Part shown: positions 47,456 through 56,291 of the stretch, piece by piece
Layout: each line of letters opens with the position of its first letter
Position numbering within the stretch: position 1 is the stretch's first letter
Origin: Caldisericota bacterium
GTDB lineage: Bacteria > Caldisericota > Caldisericia > JAAYUI01
DNA: 64,000 nucleotides
Direction: 5' to 3'
Assembly (NCBI GenBank): GCA_029548865.1
Contig: JAKPMO010000004.1
Coordinates: 1 to 64,000, forward strand
The notes under the pieces: model-generated
The model's database searches: none
What the model saw: the letters and a program-made list of their open reading frames with translations, nothing else
What the model was told of the DNA's origin: nothing
Translations under genes and position numbers: made by a program

Positions 47456-49665
47456 TGAAAATAGACAAAAAGACAGAGCTAAATAGAGACGTTTATATTG
47501 CCCATGCTGAAATAGCGGGGCAGGAAATAACAGTCACCACCGGCAAAGTTGCTCAGCAGGCCGGTGGTTCTGTTATGGTGCAACTCGGCGGAACGGTTGT
47601 TCTTGCAACTGCCGTTGTGGCTGATAAAGAAAGACCTGACATAGATTTCTTCCCGCTGGTTGTCGATTATTTCGACAAAATGTATGCGGCAGGAAAGATC
47701 CCAGGCGGGTTTTTCAAGAGGGGTGGAAGGCCGTCTGACCAGGAAATATTGAGGTCAAGACTTATTGATAGACCCCTCAGGCCGTTGTTCCCAAAGCATT
47801 TCCGCAGAGATGTCCAGATTGTTGTTTCCACACTTTCGTCAGATGGGGAGAACATCCCGGATTTTCTTGGAATAATTGGTGCTTCTTGCGCTCTCACCAT
47901 TTCTGATGCCCCGTTTGAAGGGCCACTCGCAGCAGTAAGGATTGGGCTTATCGACGGAGAGCTTGTTGTAAATCCAACCGTCACTATGCTCCAGAAATCA
48001 ACGCTTGATCTGGTGGTTGCTGGAACAAACGATGCAATAATGATGGTTGAGGGTGGCGCAATCCAGGTGGACGAAGAGACAGTCGCAAAAGCCATGGAGC
48101 TTGCACAGGCCTCCTTTGCCGACATTATTGCCCTGCAAATGGAGCTTCAAAAAGAAATTGGGAAGCCGAAGATTGTTGTTCCTCCGCCAGAGATCGATCC
48201 AGAAGTTTTACAACTCGTCCATGATGAGCTTTTCAGCAAAGGTGATGAAAAACTTTTCAATCCGGACAAGGCACAGCGTGAAAGTGCATCTGGCGAATTT
48301 GAGAACGAGATAAAGGCCCTGGTACAGGAAAAGCTCCCGGAAAAAACGTCAAATTTTGGCCTTATATTCGAAAAAGAGCTAAAATCTTTTGTCAGGGACA
48401 GAATAGTCATCCAGGGCAAACGCCCTGATGGCAGAAAAACCAATGAGATCAGGCCAATCTCCATGGAGGTTGGCACACTTCCAATGACTCATGGGTCAGC
48501 GATTTTCCTCAGGGGCCAAACCCAGGTTTTATCCGTAACAACTCTTGGCGCCAAAGACGAGGGCCAGCTGGTTGAAGGACTGTATGAGGAAGAGATCAAG
48601 CATTATATGCATTACTACAACTTCCCCCCATTCTCGGTTGGTGAAGTAAGGCCATTGAGAGGCCCATCAAGAAGAGATATCGGACATGGCAATCTTGCAG
48701 AAAGATCGCTGGTGCCGCTTGTTCCCACCGAAGAAGAATTCCCTTATACCATTCAAGTTTTCTCTGAAGTCTTGGAAAGCAATGGTTCTTCATCAATGGC
48801 TTCTGTTTGCTGTAGTTCCCTTTCGCTTATGGATGCGGGTGTGCCGTTAAAGGCACCTGTTGCCGGAATAGCGATGGGACTTATCACAAGCAATGATAAG
48901 ATTGCAATCCTCACCGATATTCAGGGTGTTGAGGATGCCCTTGGCGACATGGATTTCAAGGTTGCCGGAACAACTGAAGGCATAACTGGCCTCCAGATGG
49001 ACATCAAGATCAAGGGTATCGACATGAATATTATCAGGCGCGCTCTGGCACAGGCCAGGGAAGCGAGGATGTTCATTCTTGGTCTCATGGGGCAATGCCT
49101 TCCAGGGCCAAGATCAGAGCTTTCACCAAATGCTCCAAGGGTCTACACAATGGCCATAGACACAGAGAAGATCCGTGAGGTAATCGGACCGGGTGGCAAA
49201 GTCATAAAGAAAATCATTGAAGACACAGGCTGCAAGATTGACATCGAACAGGATGGAAGGGTCTTTATAACTGCCCCAAATGAAGAAGCTGGAATGAAGG
49301 CAAAGGGAATCATCTCCGAGATAACCGAAGATGTCACTGTCGGAAAGATTTATCTTGGCAGAGTAACCGGAATAAGGGACTTTGGAGCTTTTGTCGATAT
49401 CGGCAAAGGTGGCAAGGAAGGTCTCCTCCACATCTCTGAAATAGCCAATTACAGGGTCGCAAAGGTCGAAGACGAACTCAAGATCGGCCAGGAAGTCATG
49501 GTTAAAGTCAAAAAGATTGATGAAACTGGCAGGATCTCCCTCACTCGCAAGGGCCTCCTGGAAACTGATTCAGGAACAATCCCACCAGCCATTGACGGTG
49601 ATGAAGATCATGGTCGTGAAGACGATCACCATGGCAAGAGGCATGGCAAGGACAGGAGAAAGTGA
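47455..49665 (+). CDS. pnp: Polyribonucleotide nucleotidyltransferase
   Basis: AAGKIPGGF, SRLIDRPLRP, ESNGSSSMAS, GDMDFKVAG, KH and S1 domains. Confidence 0.97.
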   Translation: MKIDKKTELNRDVYIAHAEIAGQEITVTTGKVAQQAGGSVMVQLGGTVVLATAVVADKERPDIDFFPLVVDYFDKMYAAGKIPGGFFKRGGRPSDQEILRSRLIDRPLRPLFPKHFRRDVQIVVSTLSSDGENIPDFLGIIGASCALTISDAPFEGPLAAVRIGLIDGELVVNPTVTMLQKSTLDLVVAGTNDAIMMVEGGAIQVDEETVAKAMELAQASFADIIALQMELQKEIGKPKIVVPPPEIDPEVLQLVHDELFSKGDEKLFNPDKAQRESASGEFENEIKALVQEKLPEKTSNFGLIFEKELKSFVRDRIVIQGKRPDGRKTNEIRPISMEVGTLPMTHGSAIFLRGQTQVLSVTTLGAKDEGQLVEGLYEEEIKHYMHYYNFPPFSVGEVRPLRGPSRRDIGHGNLAERSLVPLVPTEEEFPYTIQVFSEVLESNGSSSMASVCCSSLSLMDAGVPLKAPVAGIAMGLITSNDKIAILTDIQGVEDALGDMDFKVAGTTEGITGLQMDIKIKGIDMNIIRRALAQAREARMFILGLMGQCLPGPRSELSPNAPRVYTMAIDTEKIREVIGPGGKVIKKIIEDTGCKIDIEQDGRVFITAPNEEAGMKAKGIISEITEDVTVGKIYLGRVTGIRDFGAFVDIGKGGKEGLLHISEIANYRVAKVEDELKIGQEVMVKVKKIDETGRISLTRKGLLETDSGTIPPAIDGDEDHGREDDHHGKRHGKDRRK

Positions 49666-50885
49666 AGCTAGTAGTAGACACCATGCCGGGTTTTGGCTCG
49701 GTAGCACTCGGTTTGTTCATGCCGGTAGGTGCCTATACTGAGTCAGAGGACCAGCAGGGCCTTTCGCACTTCCTTGAGCACCTTGTTTTCAAAGGGACGC
49801 CAAAAAGGAGTGCCGGTGATATAGCAATTGAAATCGATGGTACAGGTGGAGAACTGAATGCCTATACCTCGGTTGAATTGACAAGCTTTTATGCCAAGGT
49901 TCTTGTGGATGATGTTGACCTCGCGCTGGACCTCTTGTTTGATGTTACCTACAACCCTTCACTTCAGGATGATTCAATCAATCTGGAGAGAGGGGTTGTT
50001 CTCTCTGAGATAGCTGAATTTATGGACGCCCCTGATGAGATTGCTTCTGTCAGGGCGTTTCAGGCGGCTTGGGGAACACACCCGCTTGCAAGATCGGTCC
50101 TTGGTTTTCCGGAAGTAATAAAGGAAGTCTCTCCGAACAATGTCAGGAAATACCACAAAGACCATTACAGGCCTGAAAATACTGTTTTGTCTGCCTGTGG
50201 CGGGATAACCTACGAACAGCTGTCGGCCAAACTCGAAAAGATTGGCATTCCACACGAGCCACTCAATGGGAAAACCTCATATATTGAAGACCGGCCAGAA
50301 TTCAAACCAAACAAACTCTGCATGGACAGGGACTCCGAACAGGTCTATTTCACCTATGTGTGGCCAGGGCCAACGCTTTGTGATGCAGAAATGGCCGAGG
50401 CGCTTGTTAGCTCCGTTATTATTGCCGGTTCAATAAGCTCCAGACTCTTCCAGAGACTTAGGGAAAAAGAGGGTCTGGTTTACAATATTTCCATGATGTC
50501 TTCTTTCTCGAAATCTGCCGGGCTCCTGGGTGTTTATGGTGCTGTTCCAAAGGAAAATTACCAAAAGAGCCGTGATATTCTGCTTTATGAGCTGAACAAC
50601 CTTCGCAACCATGGTGTAACTGAAGAGGAGCTCGAGAGGGCAAAGAGGATGATAAAGGGTTCGACAACCCTGTCCCTCGAAAGCAACATGGCAAGGATGG
50701 ACCGCAGCGGAAAATTCGGGCTACTTCTTGGGCAGGTGCCGTCACTTGAAGAAACGCTAAACAGAATAGACTCCTTGGGAATAAAGAGTTTCAATAACTA
50801 CATAAAGCAAAACATACCGGAAGACTATGCCATTTCACTTGTAGGAAAGGGCATTTGTGACCAAAAGGGGTTTGTGAGTGACTGA
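49662..50885 (+). CDS. M16 family zinc peptidase
   Basis: HFLEH (HxxEH), LNAYTS, SSRLFQ.LRE..GL.Y; downstream of pnp. Confidence 0.9.
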   Translation: MKLVVDTMPGFGSVALGLFMPVGAYTESEDQQGLSHFLEHLVFKGTPKRSAGDIAIEIDGTGGELNAYTSVELTSFYAKVLVDDVDLALDLLFDVTYNPSLQDDSINLERGVVLSEIAEFMDAPDEIASVRAFQAAWGTHPLARSVLGFPEVIKEVSPNNVRKYHKDHYRPENTVLSACGGITYEQLSAKLEKIGIPHEPLNGKTSYIEDRPEFKPNKLCMDRDSEQVYFTYVWPGPTLCDAEMAEALVSSVIIAGSISSRLFQRLREKEGLVYNISMMSSFSKSAGLLGVYGAVPKENYQKSRDILLYELNNLRNHGVTEEELERAKRMIKGSTTLSLESNMARMDRSGKFGLLLGQVPSLEETLNRIDSLGIKSFNNYIKQNIPEDYAISLVGKGICDQKGFVSD

Positions 50886-51456
50886 CGCCGAAGTGATCTT
50901 GAATGAGATCACCAGACAGGTTTCTACCTGCCGTAAGTGCAGTCTTGGCGTAATGAGAAAAAATCCAGTACCAGGCATAGGAAACTATGATGCATCAATA
51001 ATGTTCATTGGTGAAGGTCCTGGTGCAAACGAAGATGAGAAGGGTGAACCGTTTGTTGGGGCTGCTGGACAGCTCCTGGACAAACTCCTCTTGATGATAG
51101 GACTGAAAAGGTCCGAAGTTTTTATAACAAATATAGTAAAATGCAGGCCTCCTCAAAACAGGACGCCACAACAGGACGAAATAGAATCATGCAAACCATA
51201 TCTAATGGCCCAGATAGCGGCCATAATGCCAAAAATAATAATCACGCTCGGGGCACCGGCAACCCAAACAATGTTGTCAAAGCAAATGTCCATAAGCGTG
51301 ACACACGGAAAGCTCCAGTTAAAGGAGGGACTCAGATTCCTCCCAATGTACCATCCGGCAGCATACCTCCACAAAAGGGACCCGGAACTACTGGAAGCAA
51401 TGAAAAGAGACTTCAGGGAGCTAAGGCTCATCCTGGATCAAACAATAATAAAATAA
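50878..51456 (+). CDS. Uracil-DNA glycosylase family 4
   Basis: CxxC, GEGPG, PFVG, KCRPP.NR, YHPAA. Confidence 0.92.
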   Translation: MTDAEVILNEITRQVSTCRKCSLGVMRKNPVPGIGNYDASIMFIGEGPGANEDEKGEPFVGAAGQLLDKLLLMIGLKRSEVFITNIVKCRPPQNRTPQQDEIESCKPYLMAQIAAIMPKIIITLGAPATQTMLSKQMSISVTHGKLQLKEGLRFLPMYHPAAYLHKRDPELLEAMKRDFRELRLILDQTIIK

Positions 51457-53117
51457 TGTCCAGAAATGAACCACATTCTGTCTTGATAACGCCGCTTGGC
51501 GGTCTTGGCGAGATTGGCAAAAACCTGACCGTTATCGAGTGGGAAAACAACGCTGTAATAATTGATGCTGGTTTCAAATTCCCAGATGCCGATCTCCCAG
51601 GAATTGACAAAGTTATTCCGGATCTTTCATATCTGGATACTATTTCCAAGAAGATAAGGGCTGTACTCCTGACCCATGGACACGCCGACCACATCGGTGG
51701 CCTCAGATATGTTCTTGAAAAGGTCAAAGTGCCTGTTTACGGGACGGAATTGACCATCGGGCTTGCTGATGAGGTGCTTCCAGGCTCAGTTAGGCCCGTA
51801 GATTTCAGGACAGTGCAATTTGGAAAGCACTACTTTATTGCTGGTGTCAGAACAGAATTCATAAGGGTCAATCACTCCATACCAGATGGTGCGGCAATCG
51901 CACTCCACTTTCCGGCCGGGATTGTCCTACACACTGGCGATTTCAAAATTGACCTCAATCCGATTGATGGAAATCCCATGGACCTTCAAAGACTCGGGGA
52001 CCTTGGGCTGAAGGGTATACTGTGCCTTATGGCTGATTCGACAAACGCTGATGAGCCGGGCTACACCGCTTCAGAATCAACAGTTGGCAAGACCTTTGAA
52101 CAACTGTACAAGTTTGCTCCTGGCAGGATTGTTGTGGCCACTTTTGCCACAAACATTCACAGGCTCCAGCAGATTGTCGATACAACAGTAAAATTTGGAC
52201 GCAAGCTCATCATAGATGGAAAGAGCATTGTTGATACGATCAAAGTCGCGCAGAGGCTCGGCTATTTCAATATGCAGGACAGCATGATAATCACGCCAGA
52301 GCAGGCAAACAAAATGCCTCCAGAAAAAGTTGCCATTGTTACAACTGGAACACAGGGTGAACCAATGTCTGGCCTGACCAAAATTGCCAATGCCACCCAT
52401 CCAAAAATCCACATACAGAAAACTGACACTGTTCTCATTTCTGCTGACCCCATTCCAGGCAATGAAAGTCTTGTTTCAAGGACTGTTTCCGGGTTGCTGA
52501 AACTCGGTGCAAATGTCTACTATCGCAATGTTGACGGAGTGCATGTCTCTGGCCACGCATCACAGGAAGAAATGAAGATAGTCCTGGCGCTTGCCAGACC
52601 AAAGTATTTCATCCCGCTCCATGGCGAATACAAGCAGCTCTGGTTCCACGCAAAGATCGCAGAGAACATCGGAATCAACAAAGAGAACATCTTTATTTGC
52701 GACAATGGTGACCAGATACAGCTCTCGGAGAAGGTAGGGAAAATAGTAAAGAAAGTGCCTGCCGGGGCCGTATACATTGACGGGAGTTCAGTTGGAGACA
52801 TAGGCACTGTTGTCCTCAAGGAAAGATCAAAGCTTGCAAGGGATGGTTTTATGACAATATCTGTTGCAGTTTCAAAGGACACCAGGGAGATTTTGGCAGG
52901 GCCAGACATAACCAGCCAGGGCTTCATCTACATGAAAGAATCGGCAGAGACAATCGAAGTTGTAAAGCAGGCTGTCATTAACATAGTGAAAAACTGGAAG
53001 GGCGAAGGCTCATCAACAAGTGAGCTGAAAAGGCAGATAAGGGAGAAATTGTCTGATGTTTTGCTGGAAACTACAAGGAGAAGGCCGATGATACTTCCAA
53101 CGGTTCTTCAGATATGA
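51456..53117 (+). CDS. rnj: Ribonuclease J
   Basis: GGLGEIGKN, THGHADH, HTGDFK, HVSGH; ATG at 51456 overlaps UDG stop (TAATG). Confidence 0.95.
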   Translation: MSRNEPHSVLITPLGGLGEIGKNLTVIEWENNAVIIDAGFKFPDADLPGIDKVIPDLSYLDTISKKIRAVLLTHGHADHIGGLRYVLEKVKVPVYGTELTIGLADEVLPGSVRPVDFRTVQFGKHYFIAGVRTEFIRVNHSIPDGAAIALHFPAGIVLHTGDFKIDLNPIDGNPMDLQRLGDLGLKGILCLMADSTNADEPGYTASESTVGKTFEQLYKFAPGRIVVATFATNIHRLQQIVDTTVKFGRKLIIDGKSIVDTIKVAQRLGYFNMQDSMIITPEQANKMPPEKVAIVTTGTQGEPMSGLTKIANATHPKIHIQKTDTVLISADPIPGNESLVSRTVSGLLKLGANVYYRNVDGVHVSGHASQEEMKIVLALARPKYFIPLHGEYKQLWFHAKIAENIGINKENIFICDNGDQIQLSEKVGKIVKKVPAGAVYIDGSSVGDIGTVVLKERSKLARDGFMTISVAVSKDTREILAGPDITSQGFIYMKESAETIEVVKQAVINIVKNWKGEGSSTSELKRQIREKLSDVLLETTRRRPMILPTVLQI

Positions 53118-53644
53118 TGCCAAAAAAGATTTCAGAAGAAAACCTGTTTGACGGCATCCTGTTTTCCGTCCAGAGAGAAACGTATCAGGATGAAAAAGAG
53201 TACATAAGGGAGTTTATAAGAACCAAATTTGAGGCCGCGGTTGTTCTGCCAATAACTGGCGATGGCAAGGTTATTCTGGTGAAGCAATTCAGGGCCCCTG
53301 TCCGGAGTGACTTGATTGAAGTTGTTGCTGGAAAGATCGAAGAGGGCGAGATTCCTGTCGAGGCGGCTTTTCGCGAGCTTGAAGAAGAAACTGGCTATGA
53401 GGCTGGCAACATGGTCAGCCTTGGCAAGGCTTTTGTCACGCCAGGCATAAGTACCGAAAGATCGCATTACTTTTTGGCCAGGGACCTCAAAAAGGGAATA
53501 CCCAATCCTGATGAAGATGAAAATGTGCACCCAATAGAAGTGCCGATGGCAGAATTTGAAAGAATGCTTACCGATGGGCGCATCGAAGATGCAAAATCGC
53601 TTGTCATTTATGGATTATACAAACTATGGAGGGGTGAGCAGTGA
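53114..53644 (+). CDS. NUDIX hydrolase (ADP-ribose pyrophosphatase-like)
   Basis: Nudix box GKIEEGE...AAFRELEEETG; QFR.P; IEDAKS. Confidence 0.88.
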   Translation: MMPKKISEENLFDGILFSVQRETYQDEKEYIREFIRTKFEAAVVLPITGDGKVILVKQFRAPVRSDLIEVVAGKIEEGEIPVEAAFRELEEETGYEAGNMVSLGKAFVTPGISTERSHYFLARDLKKGIPNPDEDENVHPIEVPMAEFERMLTDGRIEDAKSLVIYGLYKLWRGEQ

Positions 53645-54192
53645 AAAATAACGCACTTAAAAAGATCGTCAGAGGATCGGCCATTGCTGCTGCATACGTT
53701 GTTTTAACTGGGCCTTTTGCTATATTTTCTTTTGGTGCCATACAGGTAAGACTTGCCGAAGCACTCACTATACTGCCATTTTTCTGGCCAGAGGCTATTG
53801 CCGGGCTTGCAGTCGGATGTTTTATCTCCAATCTGCTCTGGTCTCCATTTGGTGTCATAGACTGGACACTTGGTACTTTTGCCACGCTTTTGGCGGCAAC
53901 ACTCACATTCTTGCTGTCCAGAACAAAAAAAATATGGCTGGGTGCCATCCCTCCGATTGTCATCAATGGGCTTGTGGTTGGACTCTATGTGTCTGTTTTG
54001 CAAGGATTTTTTGATATTGGAATCCCGCAAGGATTACAGGGGTTTACAGCCACGTTCACCAATTTTAAAATCGGGGCGTATATGGTTGTTGCCGGGCAGA
54101 TAATGCTTGGTGAGGCGGTGGCCCTTGGCGTTCTTGGTGTTCCACTTGCATATGTACTAAAAAGGACTGGTTTTTTGAATGAAGGACTTTAG
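53641..54192 (+). CDS. queT: QueT queuosine-precursor transporter S-component
   Basis: AAAYVVLT, SFGAIQVRLAEAL, GCFISN, D..LGT.ATL. Confidence 0.85.
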   Translation: MKNNALKKIVRGSAIAAAYVVLTGPFAIFSFGAIQVRLAEALTILPFFWPEAIAGLAVGCFISNLLWSPFGVIDWTLGTFATLLAATLTFLLSRTKKIWLGAIPPIVINGLVVGLYVSVLQGFFDIGIPQGLQGFTATFTNFKIGAYMVVAGQIMLGEAVALGVLGVPLAYVLKRTGFLNEGL

Positions 54193-55024
54193 GCTGGCAG
54201 TAGCCCAAATCGAATCAAAATTTGGCAATCTCGCATACAACATAGAAAAACATGCTAGAGTCGCAAAGGAATTGCGTGGTAGTGGCGCCGATATGGTGCT
54301 TTTTCCTGAACTGGGGCTTTCAGGCTACAGTTTAAGGGACCTCTCGTATAGTCTTGCCATCAAGCCTGATGGCAAGGAGATGCGTCCGATAATTGAGGCC
54401 TCAAAAGAGATTGCCATTTTATGCAGTTTTCCGGAGATGTGCCCGGACCATGTGGTAAGAATCAGCGGCTGCCTCTATATCGGGGGTGAAATTGCCCAGA
54501 TATACAGAAAAATCCATTTGCCAACGCATGGCCTGTTTGAGGAGGCGAGGTATTTTGGAAAAGGCAATACCATAAAGGCTTTTGACACGCCATTTGGCAG
54601 GTTTGGGATAATGGTGTGTCGTGATCTCTGGCACCCGGAAGAAGCTTATGTACTCTCCAGGGATGGCGCCGAGATGATAATTGCCTGTTCGGCGATACCG
54701 GCAAGGGTCCTTGGAAAAAGTGGTTTCTCGGTAAAAAAGTTTTTTGAAAGAACAACTGGCAATATTGCTTTTACTAACCAGGTTTTTCTGGCGAGTGCAA
54801 ACAAGGTTGGGTATGAAGATGGTGTGGCATTTTTTGGCAATTCCGTTGTTTTTGGTCCGGATGGCCATGAACTGGCGATTCTGCCAGAGCTTGTAGAGCA
54901 TGTCCAGATCGTCGATATTGATTCATCGATCCTCGCAAGGGCAAGATACAACATGAGCCTTTACAGGGAAAGCGATTTTGGAACGGTCCTTAATGAAATG
55001 GAAAGGATTGAGAAAAATGCTTGA
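54179..55024 (+). CDS. Nitrilase-family amidohydrolase, probable glutaminase subunit of NAD synthetase
   Basis: E-K-C triad (FPEL, YRKIHLP, VCRDLW), FEEARYF; overlaps nadE. Confidence 0.82.
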   Translation: MKDFRLAVAQIESKFGNLAYNIEKHARVAKELRGSGADMVLFPELGLSGYSLRDLSYSLAIKPDGKEMRPIIEASKEIAILCSFPEMCPDHVVRISGCLYIGGEIAQIYRKIHLPTHGLFEEARYFGKGNTIKAFDTPFGRFGIMVCRDLWHPEEAYVLSRDGAEMIIACSAIPARVLGKSGFSVKKFFERTTGNIAFTNQVFLASANKVGYEDGVAFFGNSVVFGPDGHELAILPELVEHVQIVDIDSSILARARYNMSLYRESDFGTVLNEMERIEKNA

Positions 55025-55826
55025 AATCGATCTTGAGAGAGCGCAAAAACTCATTGAAGGGTTCATTCACTCCTGTGTAAATGGCGCTTCAATGAAGGGT
55101 GCTGTTCTAGGACTCTCAGGAGGCCTTGATTCGGCCCTTGTGGCTGCAATTGCCTCAAAGGCCCTTGGGCCAGATAATGTCTTGGGGCTCCTGCTTCCAT
55201 ACAGGCAGTCAAGCAAGGATTCGATAGAGCATGCCAAGCTAGTTGCGGAGAAATTTGGCATAAAAACCAAAACCATTGATATTTCCGATATGGCCGATGG
55301 CTACCATGAACAAATTGACAGGTTCAGGCTTGGCAATCTTCTGGCAAGGCTCAGAATGTGCGTGATATTTGACCAGTCAATGGCTGGCAAAGGCATCGTT
55401 TTGGGGACTTCCAACAAAACAGAAATGCTCCTGGGCTATTCAACGTGGTACGGCGACATGGCCGCAGGGTGCTATCCCATAGGCGATATATACAAGACCC
55501 AGGTGAGAGCGCTGGCAAAGTACATTGGTGTACCTGACGTGATAATAGAAAAGGCCCCTTCTGCGGACTTGTGGCCGGGGCAAACTGATGAGGGTGAGAT
55601 AGGCAATACATATGAGAGACTTGACCAGATACTTGACATGCTGGTTGACCAGAGGCTCCCAAAGGAAAAAATCACACAGCGTGGTTTTAGCTTACAAGAA
55701 ATTGAGACAATTGAGCTGAGGATGCGCAAGTCGCAGTTCAAGAGGGTGTTGCCACCAGTGTGCAAAATAACCGGAAGAACAATCGATCAGGATTTTAGAT
55801 ATATCAAAGACTGGTCAGTGGGATGA
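55017..55826 (+). CDS. nadE: NAD+ synthetase (synthetase domain only)
   Basis: GLSGGLDS, GN..ARLRM, GTSNKTE, KAPSADLW.GQTDE, FKR. Confidence 0.93.
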   Translation: MLEIDLERAQKLIEGFIHSCVNGASMKGAVLGLSGGLDSALVAAIASKALGPDNVLGLLLPYRQSSKDSIEHAKLVAEKFGIKTKTIDISDMADGYHEQIDRFRLGNLLARLRMCVIFDQSMAGKGIVLGTSNKTEMLLGYSTWYGDMAAGCYPIGDIYKTQVRALAKYIGVPDVIIEKAPSADLWPGQTDEGEIGNTYERLDQILDMLVDQRLPKEKITQRGFSLQEIETIELRMRKSQFKRVLPPVCKITGRTIDQDFRYIKDWSVG

Positions 55827-56186
55827 TGTCAGGTCAGAGATGACCTGTCTGAGCACCATTAATACATAACCCAGCTTTGCTGTTGGTTTTGCGATAACTG
55901 CCAGCGTGCCTATTTGCCCAACTGATGAGATTACAACGTAGCCCTGGTCACCCTTCACATAGACCTGTTCAAGGTTTCCGCTTGTAAGGTCGCTGATGAC
56001 TCTTTCACCAAGCGCATAAAGGGTGGCGGACATGGCCGACATCGAATCTTCTTCGATCTCGCCAGGTATTACGGAGAATATCGGAAGACCATCTTCAGAA
56101 ACCAGTGCGCACCCCAAAATATCAGGGTTGCTTGCAGCCATCTGGTTCAGAATGTTTCTAATATAGCCAATATTTGGTTGGGGCAT
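55815..56186 (-). CDS. Roadblock/LC7 (MglB-like) protein
   Basis: LVSEDGL, SAMSA, G.LEQV.VKG..GY, AKLG. Confidence 0.88.
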   Translation of the reverse strand: MPQPNIGYIRNILNQMAASNPDILGCALVSEDGLPIFSVIPGEIEEDSMSAMSATLYALGERVISDLTSGNLEQVYVKGDQGYVVISSVGQIGTLAVIAKPTAKLGYVLMVLRQVISDLTSSH

Positions 56187-56195
56187 TTCAACAAA

Positions 56196-56223
56196 ATGAT
56201 AGCGGTTATGCTTTATTAGTCAA
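56196..56223 (-). promoter_or_regulatory. Putative promoter, leaderless roadblock transcript
   Basis: TTGACT-16-TATCAT, 9 nt from ATG, no SD. Confidence 0.6.
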
Positions 56224-56235
56224 TCACACCCAAAC

Positions 56236-56271
56236 AAAAAAGGCCCCAGGGAAAAATTCCTGGGGCCTTTT
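56236..56271 (-). terminator. Intrinsic terminator
   Basis: aaaaggccccagg-N7-cctggggcctttt hairpin with T-run on minus strand. Confidence 0.88.
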
Positions 56272-56291
56272 AACTGGTTCCAACTGATTTT

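Noticed and set aside
51141..51455. 105-aa N-terminal extension of RNase J
   Set aside because: Lies inside the UDG gene; ATG 51456 in a TAATG overlap fits the family
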